NCBI RefSeq assembly: GCF_056746865.1
Contig: NZ_JBWKMP010000002.1
DNA length: 64,000 nt
Reading direction: 5' to 3' (one strand)
DNA from: a plasmid
The stretch's first letter is position 1. Every line of letters begins with the position of its first letter. The notes beneath the pieces are model-generated. The model had not been told where the DNA came from. It worked only from the letters and a program-made list of their open reading frames with translations, and did not search any database. The position numbers and the translations under genes were made by a program. Below, piece by piece: positions 30,844 to 40,843 of this stretch.

Positions 30844-31282
30844 TTGTAGGTTTCTGGAATCGTTTAATTTTTAGATTTCGTTCGCTGTCAGACATCTGAG
30901 GAACGATATAGGGATCACCTGCTCTGGCCCAGTTTTCACGAACAGATGGATGATTCATTTCAGCTTTATCTATCTGGCTCGTTCTAGATATTTCATGTTT
31001 GTAATTAGGTTCCAAAACGTTACTTTTGTGATAGTCAAAAGCATTCTCCTCATTAATATTGTCCTCTCCTACAAATTTATCAATAAGAGTTGGATCGTTC
31101 ATTATTACTGTCTGAACGGGAAAAGCGTTACTGCCATCTTCGATACTAATGGGTGCGTCCGGAACGATTAATACACTCCTTTTTGGTATATATTCTGACC
31201 TGTAGTAAAAGCTGGTTAAAGCAAATACGACAAAACCAATCACGGTGGCCCCAAGCAGAGCAGGCAAAGTAACTTTTCCCAT
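30821..31282 (-). CDS. Small membrane protein
   Basis: 153-aa ORF with an N-terminal transmembrane segment (LLGATVIGFVVFALTSFYY). Confidence 0.4.
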   Translation of the reverse strand: MGKVTLPALLGATVIGFVVFALTSFYYRSEYIPKRSVLIVPDAPISIEDGSNAFPVQTVIMNDPTLIDKFVGEDNINEENAFDYHKSNVLEPNYKHEISRTSQIDKAEMNHPSVRENWARAGDPYIVPQMSDSERNLKIKRFQKPTSGANHGH

Positions 31283-31283
31283 A

Positions 31284-31769
31284 TTATTTTCTGATTAGAC
31301 TTGGTCTGGTTGTAACCCGGGCCTCGCGTTCCTTGAACAATTTATCCCGGACTATGTAAAGCTCTGTTTCTTCTCCCGGTTGCAGGTATGCTTTATCAAA
31401 TAAAGCACTTGCAATAACGCCTTCTGCCATACACTGCTGATCAGCAACGATTTGACCGTATGGTTTATCGTTTTTCACAAGAATTACATCAATAAGTTCA
31501 CGTGAGCCAACCAGTCTCTGACCGAGCTTTGCATACATATTAAAGTTACATGGGGACTGCTCTGACGCAGGAATACGAGAAAGTCGGTCCTGTTGTAAAC
31601 TGAATCCTGAAGGGACCTCACCAAGAGCCACAGGAGTCAATAAATCAATGATTCTTTGTTTATGATCGTCTTGTTTTGGATCCGATGGAGCCAGTTCTTC
31701 TGACTGGGAGCGGGCCAACATTTCCTCATAGTTTTGCTTATCCAATGAGGTTTCACGTTTGGCTTGCAT
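31284..31769 (-). CDS. Hypothetical protein within the tra operon
   Basis: 161-aa ORF, tightly packed between neighbouring tra genes; no motif. Confidence 0.4.
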   Translation of the reverse strand: MQAKRETSLDKQNYEEMLARSQSEELAPSDPKQDDHKQRIIDLLTPVALGEVPSGFSLQQDRLSRIPASEQSPCNFNMYAKLGQRLVGSRELIDVILVKNDKPYGQIVADQQCMAEGVIASALFDKAYLQPGEETELYIVRDKLFKEREARVTTRPSLIRK

Positions 31770-32559
31770 AGATGGGCTTAAAGATGTCAGTAACTGAAAT
31801 CATCGCACCGGGAACATCAAGCGGTACCAGGGTCAGGTTATAGGTCGATTCAGGTACCTGATCTTCCGACAACATAATCCCGATTGGTTTATCGGTATTA
31901 GTTGAAATAAAGACATCGCCACCATTAACAAATATGCTTGCCTCTTCAGCAGGGGTAGAAGTGCTGACAGAAGCATTCTTGAAGCTGGTCGATATTCTGT
32001 TTTGAAGTCCTCGTGAAACTGGCAGTACCACATTCCCACCAGGCGGCACATTTACACGCTGAACTTCTTTATATCGGTTACGAGCTTCGACATAAAGTTC
32101 ATCGGCTTTTGACGTGGCGGTCGCATTGGTTGCATTCTGCTGGGAAGAGGTACCTGTTGGTCTCCCATAGCTATCAATTGCACCAGAGCGGGTCTGTGCG
32201 TCAAATCCGGGGAGACTAGGATTATTTGATAATGCTCCAGTAATAGCGCTTACCGCAGGCGAAGCATTGCTGGCTGGGGAAAGTTGCACGGTAGGGAGAT
32301 CAGTTGTAGGTTTTTGTCCCTGCGCATTACCGGCTTCACTAAGGTTTGTTTGTGCACCTGACTGTTCAGAACCAGCTTGACCCGGAATAATGGCTTTTGC
32401 AGCTCCATTCTGAAATCCGTCAGCACCAACTGGCATTACAACCGGGTTATTAATTGTTGCTGGCAATTGGTATTCTTCAGCGATTACGCAGTTCGAAGTC
32501 GTGAGCATGATCAATGCGGTAATTGCGTTGAACCCTAAGCCCTTTTTTTTAATCATCAC
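31753..32559 (-). CDS. Exported protein, possibly TraK/VirB9-like
   Basis: 268-aa ORF with a signal peptide (LGFNAITALIMLTTSNCVIA); position between the TraE-like and TraB-like genes matches F-type order (traA-L-E-K-B-V-C). Assignment by synteny. Confidence 0.45.
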   Translation of the reverse strand: MMIKKKGLGFNAITALIMLTTSNCVIAEEYQLPATINNPVVMPVGADGFQNGAAKAIIPGQAGSEQSGAQTNLSEAGNAQGQKPTTDLPTVQLSPASNASPAVSAITGALSNNPSLPGFDAQTRSGAIDSYGRPTGTSSQQNATNATATSKADELYVEARNRYKEVQRVNVPPGGNVVLPVSRGLQNRISTSFKNASVSTSTPAEEASIFVNGGDVFISTNTDKPIGIMLSEDQVPESTYNLTLVPLDVPGAMISVTDIFKPIYASQT

Positions 32560-33344
32560 TTGTTACCTGTAGACGGTGGCGGATTATCCAGCGTTGCCAG
32601 TTGCTCTTTGCCGTTTATCGTAATTTTTTTAATATTCGGTGTTCCGGAATATTGATTTACATATGCAATTCTTGGGCGACCATTTTTCATCCCGAGAACC
32701 CATTCATAAGTCCATTTCGATGATTCAGTTTTGTCCGGAACATTTACAAGTCGAGTCGTTTTGGTACCCCAGACATAGACCATGTCATTTTTTGGATCAA
32801 AGTAAATATCATTAGGCTTAAAGGTCTGCTCAACACCACGAGCCTGCATGATATTTATCTGCTCCTGTAAAGACTCACTCGTTTTAGCCTGTAGTTCAGG
32901 TGAAAGGGCATCGAGGACATAGGCCGTCACAAAGGAAATATTAGTTGGATTAATATTCCCTAAAAGGGTACTAAAAAAGAGAGCCCATTGTGTTTTATAA
33001 GATTCCGATGCTTTGTTACCAACAACCGTGATCTCTTCATTCATGTTTGGAGGGGTAACAATCGTCACTGGGTCAGTGAAAAAAAGAATCTTTGCAACCA
33101 ATAACCCAATGACGGCTATTGAAACAGTATTAATGCGGATAAGTTTTGTATCACGATTAATCAGGGCGCTGTATGTAATTCCAGCACCTGACGCTTCAGC
33201 TTGTGGGCTAAATCGTTTTTTAATGTCCAAAAAACGTCCCTTAGCACTTTCATCTTTCTTTACGTATGACTGTTCAAGATCACCGTTTTCATCCTTTTTA
33301 GATTTTTTGAAAAAAGGGATGTTAATGCCACTTAGCATTTTCAT
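32556..33344 (-). CDS. Bitopic inner-membrane protein, possibly TraE/VirB8-like
   Basis: 262-aa ORF with a single transmembrane segment (TVSIAVIGLLVAKILFF); position consistent with TraE. Assignment by synteny. Confidence 0.45.
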   Translation of the reverse strand: MKMLSGINIPFFKKSKKDENGDLEQSYVKKDESAKGRFLDIKKRFSPQAEASGAGITYSALINRDTKLIRINTVSIAVIGLLVAKILFFTDPVTIVTPPNMNEEITVVGNKASESYKTQWALFFSTLLGNINPTNISFVTAYVLDALSPELQAKTSESLQEQINIMQARGVEQTFKPNDIYFDPKNDMVYVWGTKTTRLVNVPDKTESSKWTYEWVLGMKNGRPRIAYVNQYSGTPNIKKITINGKEQLATLDNPPPSTGNK

Positions 33345-33355
33345 TCATAGCTCCA

Positions 33356-33706
33356 TCAAGAATACAAATCTCTGATAAATGGATCGTTGAAATAACGGCT
33401 ACTAAAAACTGCTTTACCTGGCAAAAAACCGAGCCACCAGAGTCTGTGTTTTAGCAATCCTCTTATTCCTGACTCAGCTGCTTTGTTATACGCAATCCAA
33501 TATACAACCGCTACTACAACAGAAAACCCGAAGCATTCGAAGATATTCCCAAATGCAACCAGAATGAATGCAAGCCCTATTTTTTTTGCATCCCAAAACA
33601 AAATCAGTAGAGGCATGTTGATCCTGAAAGGGAATCTATAGGTATGCTGAGGAACGTCGTTCTGCTTACTCATTAAAAATCCAGAGAGGGGGATGAACCC
33701 CCTCAT
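33356..33706 (-). CDS. Small membrane protein, possibly TraL-like
   Basis: 116-aa hydrophobic ORF immediately downstream of the pilin-like gene, as in F-type order. Confidence 0.45.
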   Translation of the reverse strand: MRGFIPLSGFLMSKQNDVPQHTYRFPFRINMPLLILFWDAKKIGLAFILVAFGNIFECFGFSVVVAVVYWIAYNKAAESGIRGLLKHRLWWLGFLPGKAVFSSRYFNDPFIRDLYS

Positions 33707-33723
33707 GCATGATTAACAATAAA

Positions 33724-34104
33724 TTACAGCGGTACGCCAGCATCCATAAAGGTGCTGATAATTTTCTCGCCGTTGGCCATTACCAGCATCATGAATAATG
33801 AAACCAGTGCCAGGCCCGGGTTAGACTTAAGGACAGAGAAATATACGCTTGAGATCAACATCGCGGCTGCCAGAATTTTGCCCGGAGCTCCAGTCATACT
33901 TTCACTCATGTATGACCAAATATCTCCCAGTGCCCCATCATCTGAACCCGCATATGCCAGACCGCAAAAAAGCACGGTCAGCAGAACAAACAAAATCACT
34001 TTTGCGCTTTTTGTTTTAAAAAGTGCAGCCGTGTTAGATTTCTTTTCACTAAGGCCAATATTTAAAGAAAGTTCCATAATTACTCCGTGTAGATTTGAGT
34101 TCAC
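33724..34104 (-). CDS. traA: F-type pilin precursor (TraA-like)
   Basis: 126-aa ORF with a long leader followed by two hydrophobic segments; first gene of the mating-pair-formation operon. Confidence 0.55.
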   Translation of the reverse strand: MNSNLHGVIMELSLNIGLSEKKSNTAALFKTKSAKVILFVLLTVLFCGLAYAGSDDGALGDIWSYMSESMTGAPGKILAAAMLISSVYFSVLKSNPGLALVSLFMMLVMANGEKIISTFMDAGVPL

Positions 34105-34499
34105 GTAAACGCGAATGAATAATACTTTTTTATTCCGATCCTTCCGTTCGCATAAACCCCCTTTTTTTAACGTTTAGCGATTGGTGAATTTTTAAGCAAA
34201 GGGGCCTAAAGCATAATCTTTGAAAAGTACCAGTGAACGCTTAGTAAAAGTTTGAAAGAGGGGAGGGGGTAAGATTACGTTAAGCTCAATCCTGAAGCTG
34301 ATGAGACTCCTCAAGCATAAAAGTCACTTTTGATGGTTTGAAAAGCTCTAACTAGATATCGGGCAGGTAACTAAGCTTCATATCTAATCTTTTTTGTTCC
34401 CTTAATATCTATCTCTTGATTCTGAGAAGGCCGCATATCACTGTGCTCCCTGGTTCGGCAACTATCAGTTGGAGAAACTACATACAATCCTCGGCCGGT

Positions 34500-35100
34500 G
34501 CGTCATTCATCTAAATGCCTTTTACACCTCTGGGCGTGAGTGGGACTTTGTCTTGTCCATATGAACATCATTCATTCGAATGCTTTTGGCCAATGCTATT
34601 TAAGCAAATGCTTTCTGGCTGAGTCCTTTTGCGAATGAGTCTTTGATATAACTGCATGAATTTTGGGTTGTTTGGTGTACTAACAAAACAAAGGCATTTC
34701 TTTGAATGCCATTGGAGTTGTGATGCTTCTGATATTTTTTTGATCTCATATCAAACACATAGTCCTTCTGATGCCCAATGTCATAGATGTCTTGGACCAT
34801 TCTCGCTCTTAACAAAGCTGTACTGTGTGTCATTCGACCTAATGCCATTCACCAAAATGCCTTTTTATACCACTGCATAGCTATGCTCGGGATACAGTGG
34901 CAAACAAAAGCATTTCAATGAATGATTTTTTGGGATACCGACATCAAAAGCATTTGTATGAATGTAAGAGGCGTAATCCACAAAAGGCATTCACGTGAAT
35001 AGAGTGCGCACGAAACCATCTTGCTCCACGGCATTTAATGAATGGGCTAGCATGTACGCTTGAGCCAGAAAGGCATACAGATGAATAGTCAGGAGTTCGT
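34500..35100. repeat. Iteron cluster (about 10 copies of an ~18-bp AAAGGCATTT-N3-TGAATG-like motif) adjacent to a rep gene
   Basis: Repeated motifs such as CAAAGGCATTTCTTTGAATG, CAAAAGCATTTCAATGAATG, CAAAAGCATTTGTATGAATG, CAAAAGGCATTCACGTGAATAG, CGGCATTTAATGAATGGG and AAAGGCATACAGATGAATAG occur at irregular 40-60 bp spacing in both orientations. Confidence 0.75.
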
Positions 35101-35225
35101 TTGAAAAGTTACTTTTTTGCACATTAAGCCGAGATGTAAGACCAGTAGTAAAAGAAGCACTAAGCATAGCACTGATAAATAACTTATTTTTCAGCATGTT
35201 ATAACCAGTGCATACCTGGTAGCTT

Positions 35226-36101
35226 TCAACCTTGTTTGGCGAGGGCCAGCTTAGGGCTTCTTTTGAAGATCTGAAATTGTATGTCGCGACCTTTCTTAAC
35301 TTCTTGATAATCGAGATATCCGATAGATTCAAGTTCCCGCATTGCTTTACGAATTATCTGGTTTTGCGTACGAATAGGGGTTGTAAGAAGCAACCTTTCC
35401 CTCAACCGTTTCATATTAACGAACAACGTACCAGCTGGCATTGCTTCAAAATAAATATAGAGAGATTGCGCAGCTTCTTTTTTAGCCAAAATGTATAGAA
35501 CCTGAAGGCTTAACAATGTCTTATGGTCGTAACGATACAGTTCCCACATAGAAGGATCCCCAACCAACTCAACAGTATCGCTTTTTGGATCAATCATAGC
35601 CTTCTGCACCAGATGCGTTACTGTGAACCGACCACTCCGAGAGTCTGAGAAGGCAAGCACTACCGATGCAAGGTTCATTAATGACTCTTTAAAGCGCGCA
35701 CGAGTTCGTTTGTTGATGTTTGTTGAACTGATACCACACATCTTCGCAAACTCGTTAAAAGTCAGGGTAATCTTCTCGGAAGTAAAACCATATTTACTGA
35801 AAGCCATGATGATCCCGAGCCAGCACTTAAAGTCGGTAGACATAGATAGTTTGACACCAGTTATCTTGATGTCGTCATAACCCTCCGATCTTGCAATTTC
35901 CATACACGAAAGCTCATCAGAGGCATCAACTTCAAAGTTTCGGTCGCGGTTTTCTTTTGTGCCGACAGGGGTAAATACACTCAATCTCAACAGGGCCACG
36001 GGCTGAACCGACTTGGACGAGTTAGGCGTCAGTTGATAAGTCTTACCTGATTCATTACTGGTTACGTCAAAAGGATGGATTAACTCGTTGTTTTTAATCA
36101 T
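35226..36101 (-). CDS. Iteron-type replication initiator (Rep_3/RepE-like family)
   Basis: 291-aa ORF flanked on both sides by iterons; the size and iteron context fit a theta-replication initiator, and it has a frameshifted paralog at 49297..50383. Confidence 0.7.
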   Translation of the reverse strand: MIKNNELIHPFDVTSNESGKTYQLTPNSSKSVQPVALLRLSVFTPVGTKENRDRNFEVDASDELSCMEIARSEGYDDIKITGVKLSMSTDFKCWLGIIMAFSKYGFTSEKITLTFNEFAKMCGISSTNINKRTRARFKESLMNLASVVLAFSDSRSGRFTVTHLVQKAMIDPKSDTVELVGDPSMWELYRYDHKTLLSLQVLYILAKKEAAQSLYIYFEAMPAGTLFVNMKRLRERLLLTTPIRTQNQIIRKAMRELESIGYLDYQEVKKGRDIQFQIFKRSPKLALAKQG

Positions 36102-36159
36102 TAACTTAACTCGTCGGTGATAAGATTTTCATTTGGCAAACTGTTTATAACATATTCTT

Positions 36160-36265
36160 GCAAATGCTTTTTACGCATTAACCTAAATGCCATAAGCATT
36201 CCAGTAAATGCCTTCCTTATTCATTCAAATGCTTTTCGCATGCATCCGAATGCCGGATCCTTTCA
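36160..36265. repeat. Second small iteron group upstream of the rep gene (likely operator/autoregulation site)
   Basis: GCAAATGCTTTTTACGCAT, TAAATGCCATAAGCATTCC, GTAAATGCC and CATTCAAATGCTTTTCGCATGCATCCGAATGCC resemble the 34.5-35.1 kb motif. Confidence 0.6.
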
Positions 36266-36577
36266 TAAAGTCACTATAATCAATGAGTTAAAGATGCCGT
36301 GATCTTTACTTGAACTCTATTGATCTTTAGTGATCTAAAGAATTGATCTATCCTGTTGAAAACAATGATAAGTCCATATAAAACAAGGAATAGCGCTCCT
36401 TTAACAATATCTACAGATCGCAAACGGAAATGAACGAGGGTCTACTATCATTGTTTTATTCAAGACAGTTTTTATTTTAATTTTATTAAGCAAATTTTTT
36501 GAGTTTACCTTTTAGATGTATCAGCCCTATTTGGCAAATTTGAGGTTCATGTATCATGTAGTAAACAGGAGGAAGAT

Positions 36578-37633
36578 ATGAACAACAGCAAACATACAGT
36601 CATTGAAGTGGATACTAATCTAGTTGAAATTGAAAAGGGATTTAATCCCCGAGAGGCGGTAATCGGAGATTTGTGTTACGAACAAGAACCTGTCAAGTCG
36701 ATGATTGTGTCAATCAAACAAGCCTTTAAGGAAGGAAGGCAGGTTGATATGATCAAGGTCGTAAAAAGAAAAGGTAAATATTTAGTTCGTCAAGGTCATA
36801 CTCGTTTTCATGGCTTAAAATTAGCAATTTCTGAAGGTGCTAATATTCCAAAATTATCTGTTATCCTAATCGATTATAAAAACGAAATTGAAGAATACCT
36901 TGAGAACCTCGATGGTAACAGAAGCAATGGGCTAAATCCGGTTGGGCAAGCTCATGCATTAGCTCATGCTGTTAGTCTCGGGTATTCGGTTGAAGAACTA
37001 GCAATGCGATATCAACGATCAACTACCGCAATTCGTAATATGCTAAAAATCCTTGATATGCCATTAGAGCTTCAACGTTTGATTAGCCTAAATCTAATCA
37101 AAAAAACGCTCGCCATTGAAATAATGTTAAAATATTCCAACGATCACAAAATGGTTTTAAAACATATAGAAGGTTTCTTACCTGGCGTTAAGAATATTGA
37201 GACTACAACGAGCAAAATTGTAGGCATACCTGAACACAATGCAGCTGGAGCAGGACCAGACACCTTAAATAAAGGCGGACCAGAAAAGAAAAATTCGGCA
37301 GTCACTCGTAAGACTTTGGGTATTAAGCGCCTCTCGCATAAGAAAACAGAACGGCTAAAATCTGAATTTCTTGAGCTTGTGGAAAGTACACATACGGAAT
37401 CTATAACGAATACTCAAACAGAACTAAAATTTGGTAGAGATAGTGCACACTTGTTCAAAAATGTTAATAGTAATAATGTAATATTTTCCAATGATGGTGT
37501 TCAAATAATCTTGAATGATGAAAAGCTAAATATTTTATTGTCTTTACTTAACGACGAAAATACAGCAATCATTGTTTCTAAACCAAAATTAGAAGAGCTT
37601 CTGGAAATTCGAGATCTCCTTAAGGAATATTAA
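36578..37633 (+). CDS. ParB/sulfiredoxin-like N-terminal-domain protein (KorB/ParB-like DNA-binding protein or nuclease)
   Basis: 351-aa ORF with GFNPRE and VRQGHTRFHGLKLA motifs (resembling the ParB-domain GxxR box) and a downstream TAIRNMLKI helix-turn-helix-like segment; paralog of 40844..42007. Confidence 0.5.
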   Translation: MNNSKHTVIEVDTNLVEIEKGFNPREAVIGDLCYEQEPVKSMIVSIKQAFKEGRQVDMIKVVKRKGKYLVRQGHTRFHGLKLAISEGANIPKLSVILIDYKNEIEEYLENLDGNRSNGLNPVGQAHALAHAVSLGYSVEELAMRYQRSTTAIRNMLKILDMPLELQRLISLNLIKKTLAIEIMLKYSNDHKMVLKHIEGFLPGVKNIETTTSKIVGIPEHNAAGAGPDTLNKGGPEKKNSAVTRKTLGIKRLSHKKTERLKSEFLELVESTHTESITNTQTELKFGRDSAHLFKNVNSNNVIFSNDGVQIILNDEKLNILLSLLNDENTAIIVSKPKLEELLEIRDLLKEY

Positions 37634-37650
37634 AAACGAGGATTAGTTGA

Positions 37651-37851
37651 GTGATTAAACCTATAAAGCTGACTCTTATCGATAATTATAGTGATTTGCT
37701 TCTAACTCATGAAGTCCTTAAACGCAACATGGAAGAGTTAGAACACGGTAAACGTTTTGATCAATTTCCTGAAGGGCATGACCACTATGAAAAAACTGTG
37801 AAAGAAGCTGTAGCAATCGTAGAGGCACGTTTGGAGGTGTTTCGAAAATGA
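37651..37851 (+). CDS. Small hypothetical protein
   Basis: 66-aa ORF, stop overlapping the next gene start; no motif. Confidence 0.3.
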   Translation: MIKPIKLTLIDNYSDLLLTHEVLKRNMEELEHGKRFDQFPEGHDHYEKTVKEAVAIVEARLEVFRK

Positions 37852-38564
37852 AATCTCTTTTCTTTACTCTTGATGGTCATATGGTACCAGCCTCAGTGAA
37901 TGTATCACTTAACGGAGATGGAAATTATTATGCACCTATCGAAAGAGAATGTAACGAATGTGCGGGCACAGGCCACAAAGGGGCTGATTTATGTGAAAAG
38001 TGTCATGGGGTACAAACAGTTGGACCCATTATTGAAAAATTAGTGGCACTAGAGCCAATTACCTTTCTCGATAACATTCCGGAACTGCGTGTTAACCCAA
38101 CACTCGAAGCATGGAAATCCAGAAACCACGTCCTTATTGAGAAAGCAAAAAAGGCTAACACTAAGTTTTCTAATAGTATATTGGCGCAATTAGACAATAA
38201 CCGTTTCTTGACAGAACGCCAGCTGGATTGTTTCTTTACAACTTTTGATGTGATGTTGTCTGAAACTCCGGAAAATGAACAAGAAATTTTAAAACATAGC
38301 TACAATATCGGCCAGGTCATAAGCATTGAACTAACATTTACTGAAGTCAGGGCCGCGTACGCAAAAAGTAAAGGGAGTTATTTTTTTACATTTACTGGTA
38401 AAGTTAGAAATGACGGGATCGCTTTAACGGCCGATAAACAGGATCACATTTTATTGGGTGAACGTTATCATTTGACTGGAAAAGTCAGAAAATTCTATGA
38501 ATTTGATTCGAAAAATTATGCTGCAATAACAGTTTTTAAGTTAAATAAACTCCAAGACAGTTAA
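37848..38564 (+). CDS. Zinc-finger-like protein of unknown function
   Basis: 238-aa ORF with a DnaJ-type zinc-knuckle-like cluster CNECAGTGHKGADLCEKCHG. Confidence 0.45.
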   Translation: MKSLFFTLDGHMVPASVNVSLNGDGNYYAPIERECNECAGTGHKGADLCEKCHGVQTVGPIIEKLVALEPITFLDNIPELRVNPTLEAWKSRNHVLIEKAKKANTKFSNSILAQLDNNRFLTERQLDCFFTTFDVMLSETPENEQEILKHSYNIGQVISIELTFTEVRAAYAKSKGSYFFTFTGKVRNDGIALTADKQDHILLGERYHLTGKVRKFYEFDSKNYAAITVFKLNKLQDS

Positions 38565-38795
38565 ATGTTTTTGCTGCTTAAATATAGAGCCAAGACTTTA
38601 ACTGTCGTTAGGACTCACTCACGTAATATTGTTGCTTACGCAATGGGTTTTATCCCTCATAAAGATCTGCGAGTATAAATCTTTTACATTTAAATTCCCC
38701 TCTATCAGAACCTTTTCTATTGTAAAAAAATGATAATCTTATTAATTATAATTTTAATTTTTTGTATACCAATACCATACAGTTAAGGCTAAAAG

Positions 38796-39653
38796 GTGAT
38801 GATGGAGATGGACTTTAAAATGCACAATGATCTGGGTCTCGGTTTCATTTGTAAAAATGCAAGAACATCGTCAAAGCCAACGTTAAGAAAAGTTACTTTT
38901 CCGGTAAGCGCATATGAAACGTCTAAGCTTTCTTTAACCGGTTTTCAATGCCCCACAGCCTGCCGTTTTCCTTTTTTTGTGCTATGCATGATAATCCATA
39001 ACCATCTTTCGTCTGCATGCCCTATCACCCAAAATGAATGTTCAAATCATATCTCGCAATTTTCTATCGACATTAAAGTACAAGATTGGCTTAGCCGTTC
39101 AAGAGTAGCGTTTATTGATTTCCATAATCTTAGAAATACAGATAAAACCACTTTAATAACAGTGAACCATCTTGAAGCTTTACTTACTGTTATGTCGACT
39201 ACTCTTGTCGCTTATGTTCCATATTCAAAAAAGAGACTAAACTTTAGCTTTCTAAACTCATTCACTTTGTCTAAAACTTCTCAAAGTTACACATTAACTT
39301 TCCCGGTAGTTCTCAGTCCGCTTTTAGATGCTCTTGGCGACTTCATTCAGGAATGCATAACCGAAAAATTGTTAAAACGACGAAATTCGAATTTCATGGT
39401 TTACGAGTATCTTAAACGTTCAGGCCAGAGCTCTCATAAAGTGGAGGACATTAATAACGACTTACAGCTTAAAAGTCTAAATATAAGACTTATGAGCGTC
39501 CTTACTGGCCTTTCTCAGCAAGGACTCATTTCATTTATTTGCGAAGGAAAGAGGGGCGACCGGAGAATAGAAGAGCTTCAGTTTATACCTTATGTTCAAC
39601 GAACTTACCCTGAGGTATTAACTTTTGAGGAATGGATTAGCCTAGTTGATTAG
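38796..39653 (+). CDS. Hypothetical protein
   Basis: 285-aa ORF; no recognisable motif. Confidence 0.35.
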   Translation: MMMEMDFKMHNDLGLGFICKNARTSSKPTLRKVTFPVSAYETSKLSLTGFQCPTACRFPFFVLCMIIHNHLSSACPITQNECSNHISQFSIDIKVQDWLSRSRVAFIDFHNLRNTDKTTLITVNHLEALLTVMSTTLVAYVPYSKKRLNFSFLNSFTLSKTSQSYTLTFPVVLSPLLDALGDFIQECITEKLLKRRNSNFMVYEYLKRSGQSSHKVEDINNDLQLKSLNIRLMSVLTGLSQQGLISFICEGKRGDRRIEELQFIPYVQRTYPEVLTFEEWISLVD

Positions 39654-39661
39654 AATTTACT

Positions 39662-40495
39662 CTATTTCAGCACGGCCAGTATTTCTGTTTCCGTTTTCCG
39701 TGTATTCGGCTTACTTCCTACGGATCGGTAAGCGCTGAGTCTGTGTATGACGAATCCACGCTCTTCATAGAGGCCCAAAGTGAATGATGTCAGGCTATTT
39801 GATATCGCAACAGCAGCGCCTTTTCTGTGAGCGTCAACGAGCATATTTGCTAACAGCACGTGGTCGCTTTGGCTGAACGGTTTACCATCGTAACTGACAA
39901 AACTAGTTTTGCTTGTTTTGTCATATGGCGGATCACAGTAAATCTGATCTCCTTCACCGGTTGCGGCCAGAGTCTCCTCAAAACCAGCGGTGATCAGTTC
40001 AATACCTGAAAGACGAAATGAAAGGTAGTCTATTTTATTGAGGTCAAGCTTCAGTTCTGTATGTTTCCCCCACGGCACTGAATAGATTCTTTCTGAGTTA
40101 TAGCGGCACATACCGTTATAGCCCAGGCGATTCAGGGAGTAAAACAAAGCCGCTCTTTGAAGCGATTGACCAGAAATACAGGTTTTGTTGAAACGGTCCC
40201 TCATCTCATAGTAGTCCTTTTCGACAAAGGTTTTATCCGCCAAGTTTTGGACCTGATTTATAAAGTTAGTTTTCTGTCTTTGAATAGTCCTGTATAGGTT
40301 GATCAAGTCTGGATTGCTATCTGCAAGCAATGCATTTTGTGCAAACATGTTCAGAAAAACGGCACCACCGCCTATAAAGGGTTCTACCCACCGGCAACTA
40401 TGATCGTGTGGGTAGTGATGGCTGATGAAAGGCATCAGTTTCGTTTTTCCACCAGCCCATTTGATTATCGGCATGTGTCTGAGATGTCGAGTCAA
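39662..40495 (-). CDS. dam: Orphan DNA adenine methyltransferase, Dam family
   Basis: 277-aa ORF with the N-terminal KWAGGK and FIGGGAVF SAM-binding motifs and the catalytic DPPY motif (IYCDPPYDKT); no adjacent restriction endonuclease candidate. Confidence 0.8.
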   Translation of the reverse strand: MTRHLRHMPIIKWAGGKTKLMPFISHHYPHDHSCRWVEPFIGGGAVFLNMFAQNALLADSNPDLINLYRTIQRQKTNFINQVQNLADKTFVEKDYYEMRDRFNKTCISGQSLQRAALFYSLNRLGYNGMCRYNSERIYSVPWGKHTELKLDLNKIDYLSFRLSGIELITAGFEETLAATGEGDQIYCDPPYDKTSKTSFVSYDGKPFSQSDHVLLANMLVDAHRKGAAVAISNSLTSFTLGLYEERGFVIHRLSAYRSVGSKPNTRKTETEILAVLK

Positions 40496-40843
40496 AGTGT
40501 CTATACCTGAGAGAGAAATTTAGGTGCTGGTATCGTACCTAACCACGGGCTTTAACTAATAACTTAGGGAGCAAAAAAAAGTTGTTTAAGACGCACAGTT
40601 TTGACTTTCAGCATTTCGGATTTATAAGATTTTTCCTCACTTATACCTGAACTTTATGTTTTGGATTTATGTATTTGTTTATGAAGCGATTTTTATGCCA
40701 TCACAAGTAATGGGGAGCCACCTTTTTTTGTAAAAAATCAGAATAGGCTCAAAAAGTACCTTTTTTGCGAAAAATTATGAATTTTTTTTTCGGTAGTATC
40801 CCCGCTACGCAGAAAGTAAGCAGAAAAATGTAACGGAGCCCCT

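Noticed and set aside
34600-35332. ORFs 34600..34848 and 34991..35332 on the minus strand
   Set aside because: They run through the iteron cluster, and the second overlaps the 3' end of the rep gene; the translations are dominated by iteron-encoded repeats, so they are unlikely to be real genes.
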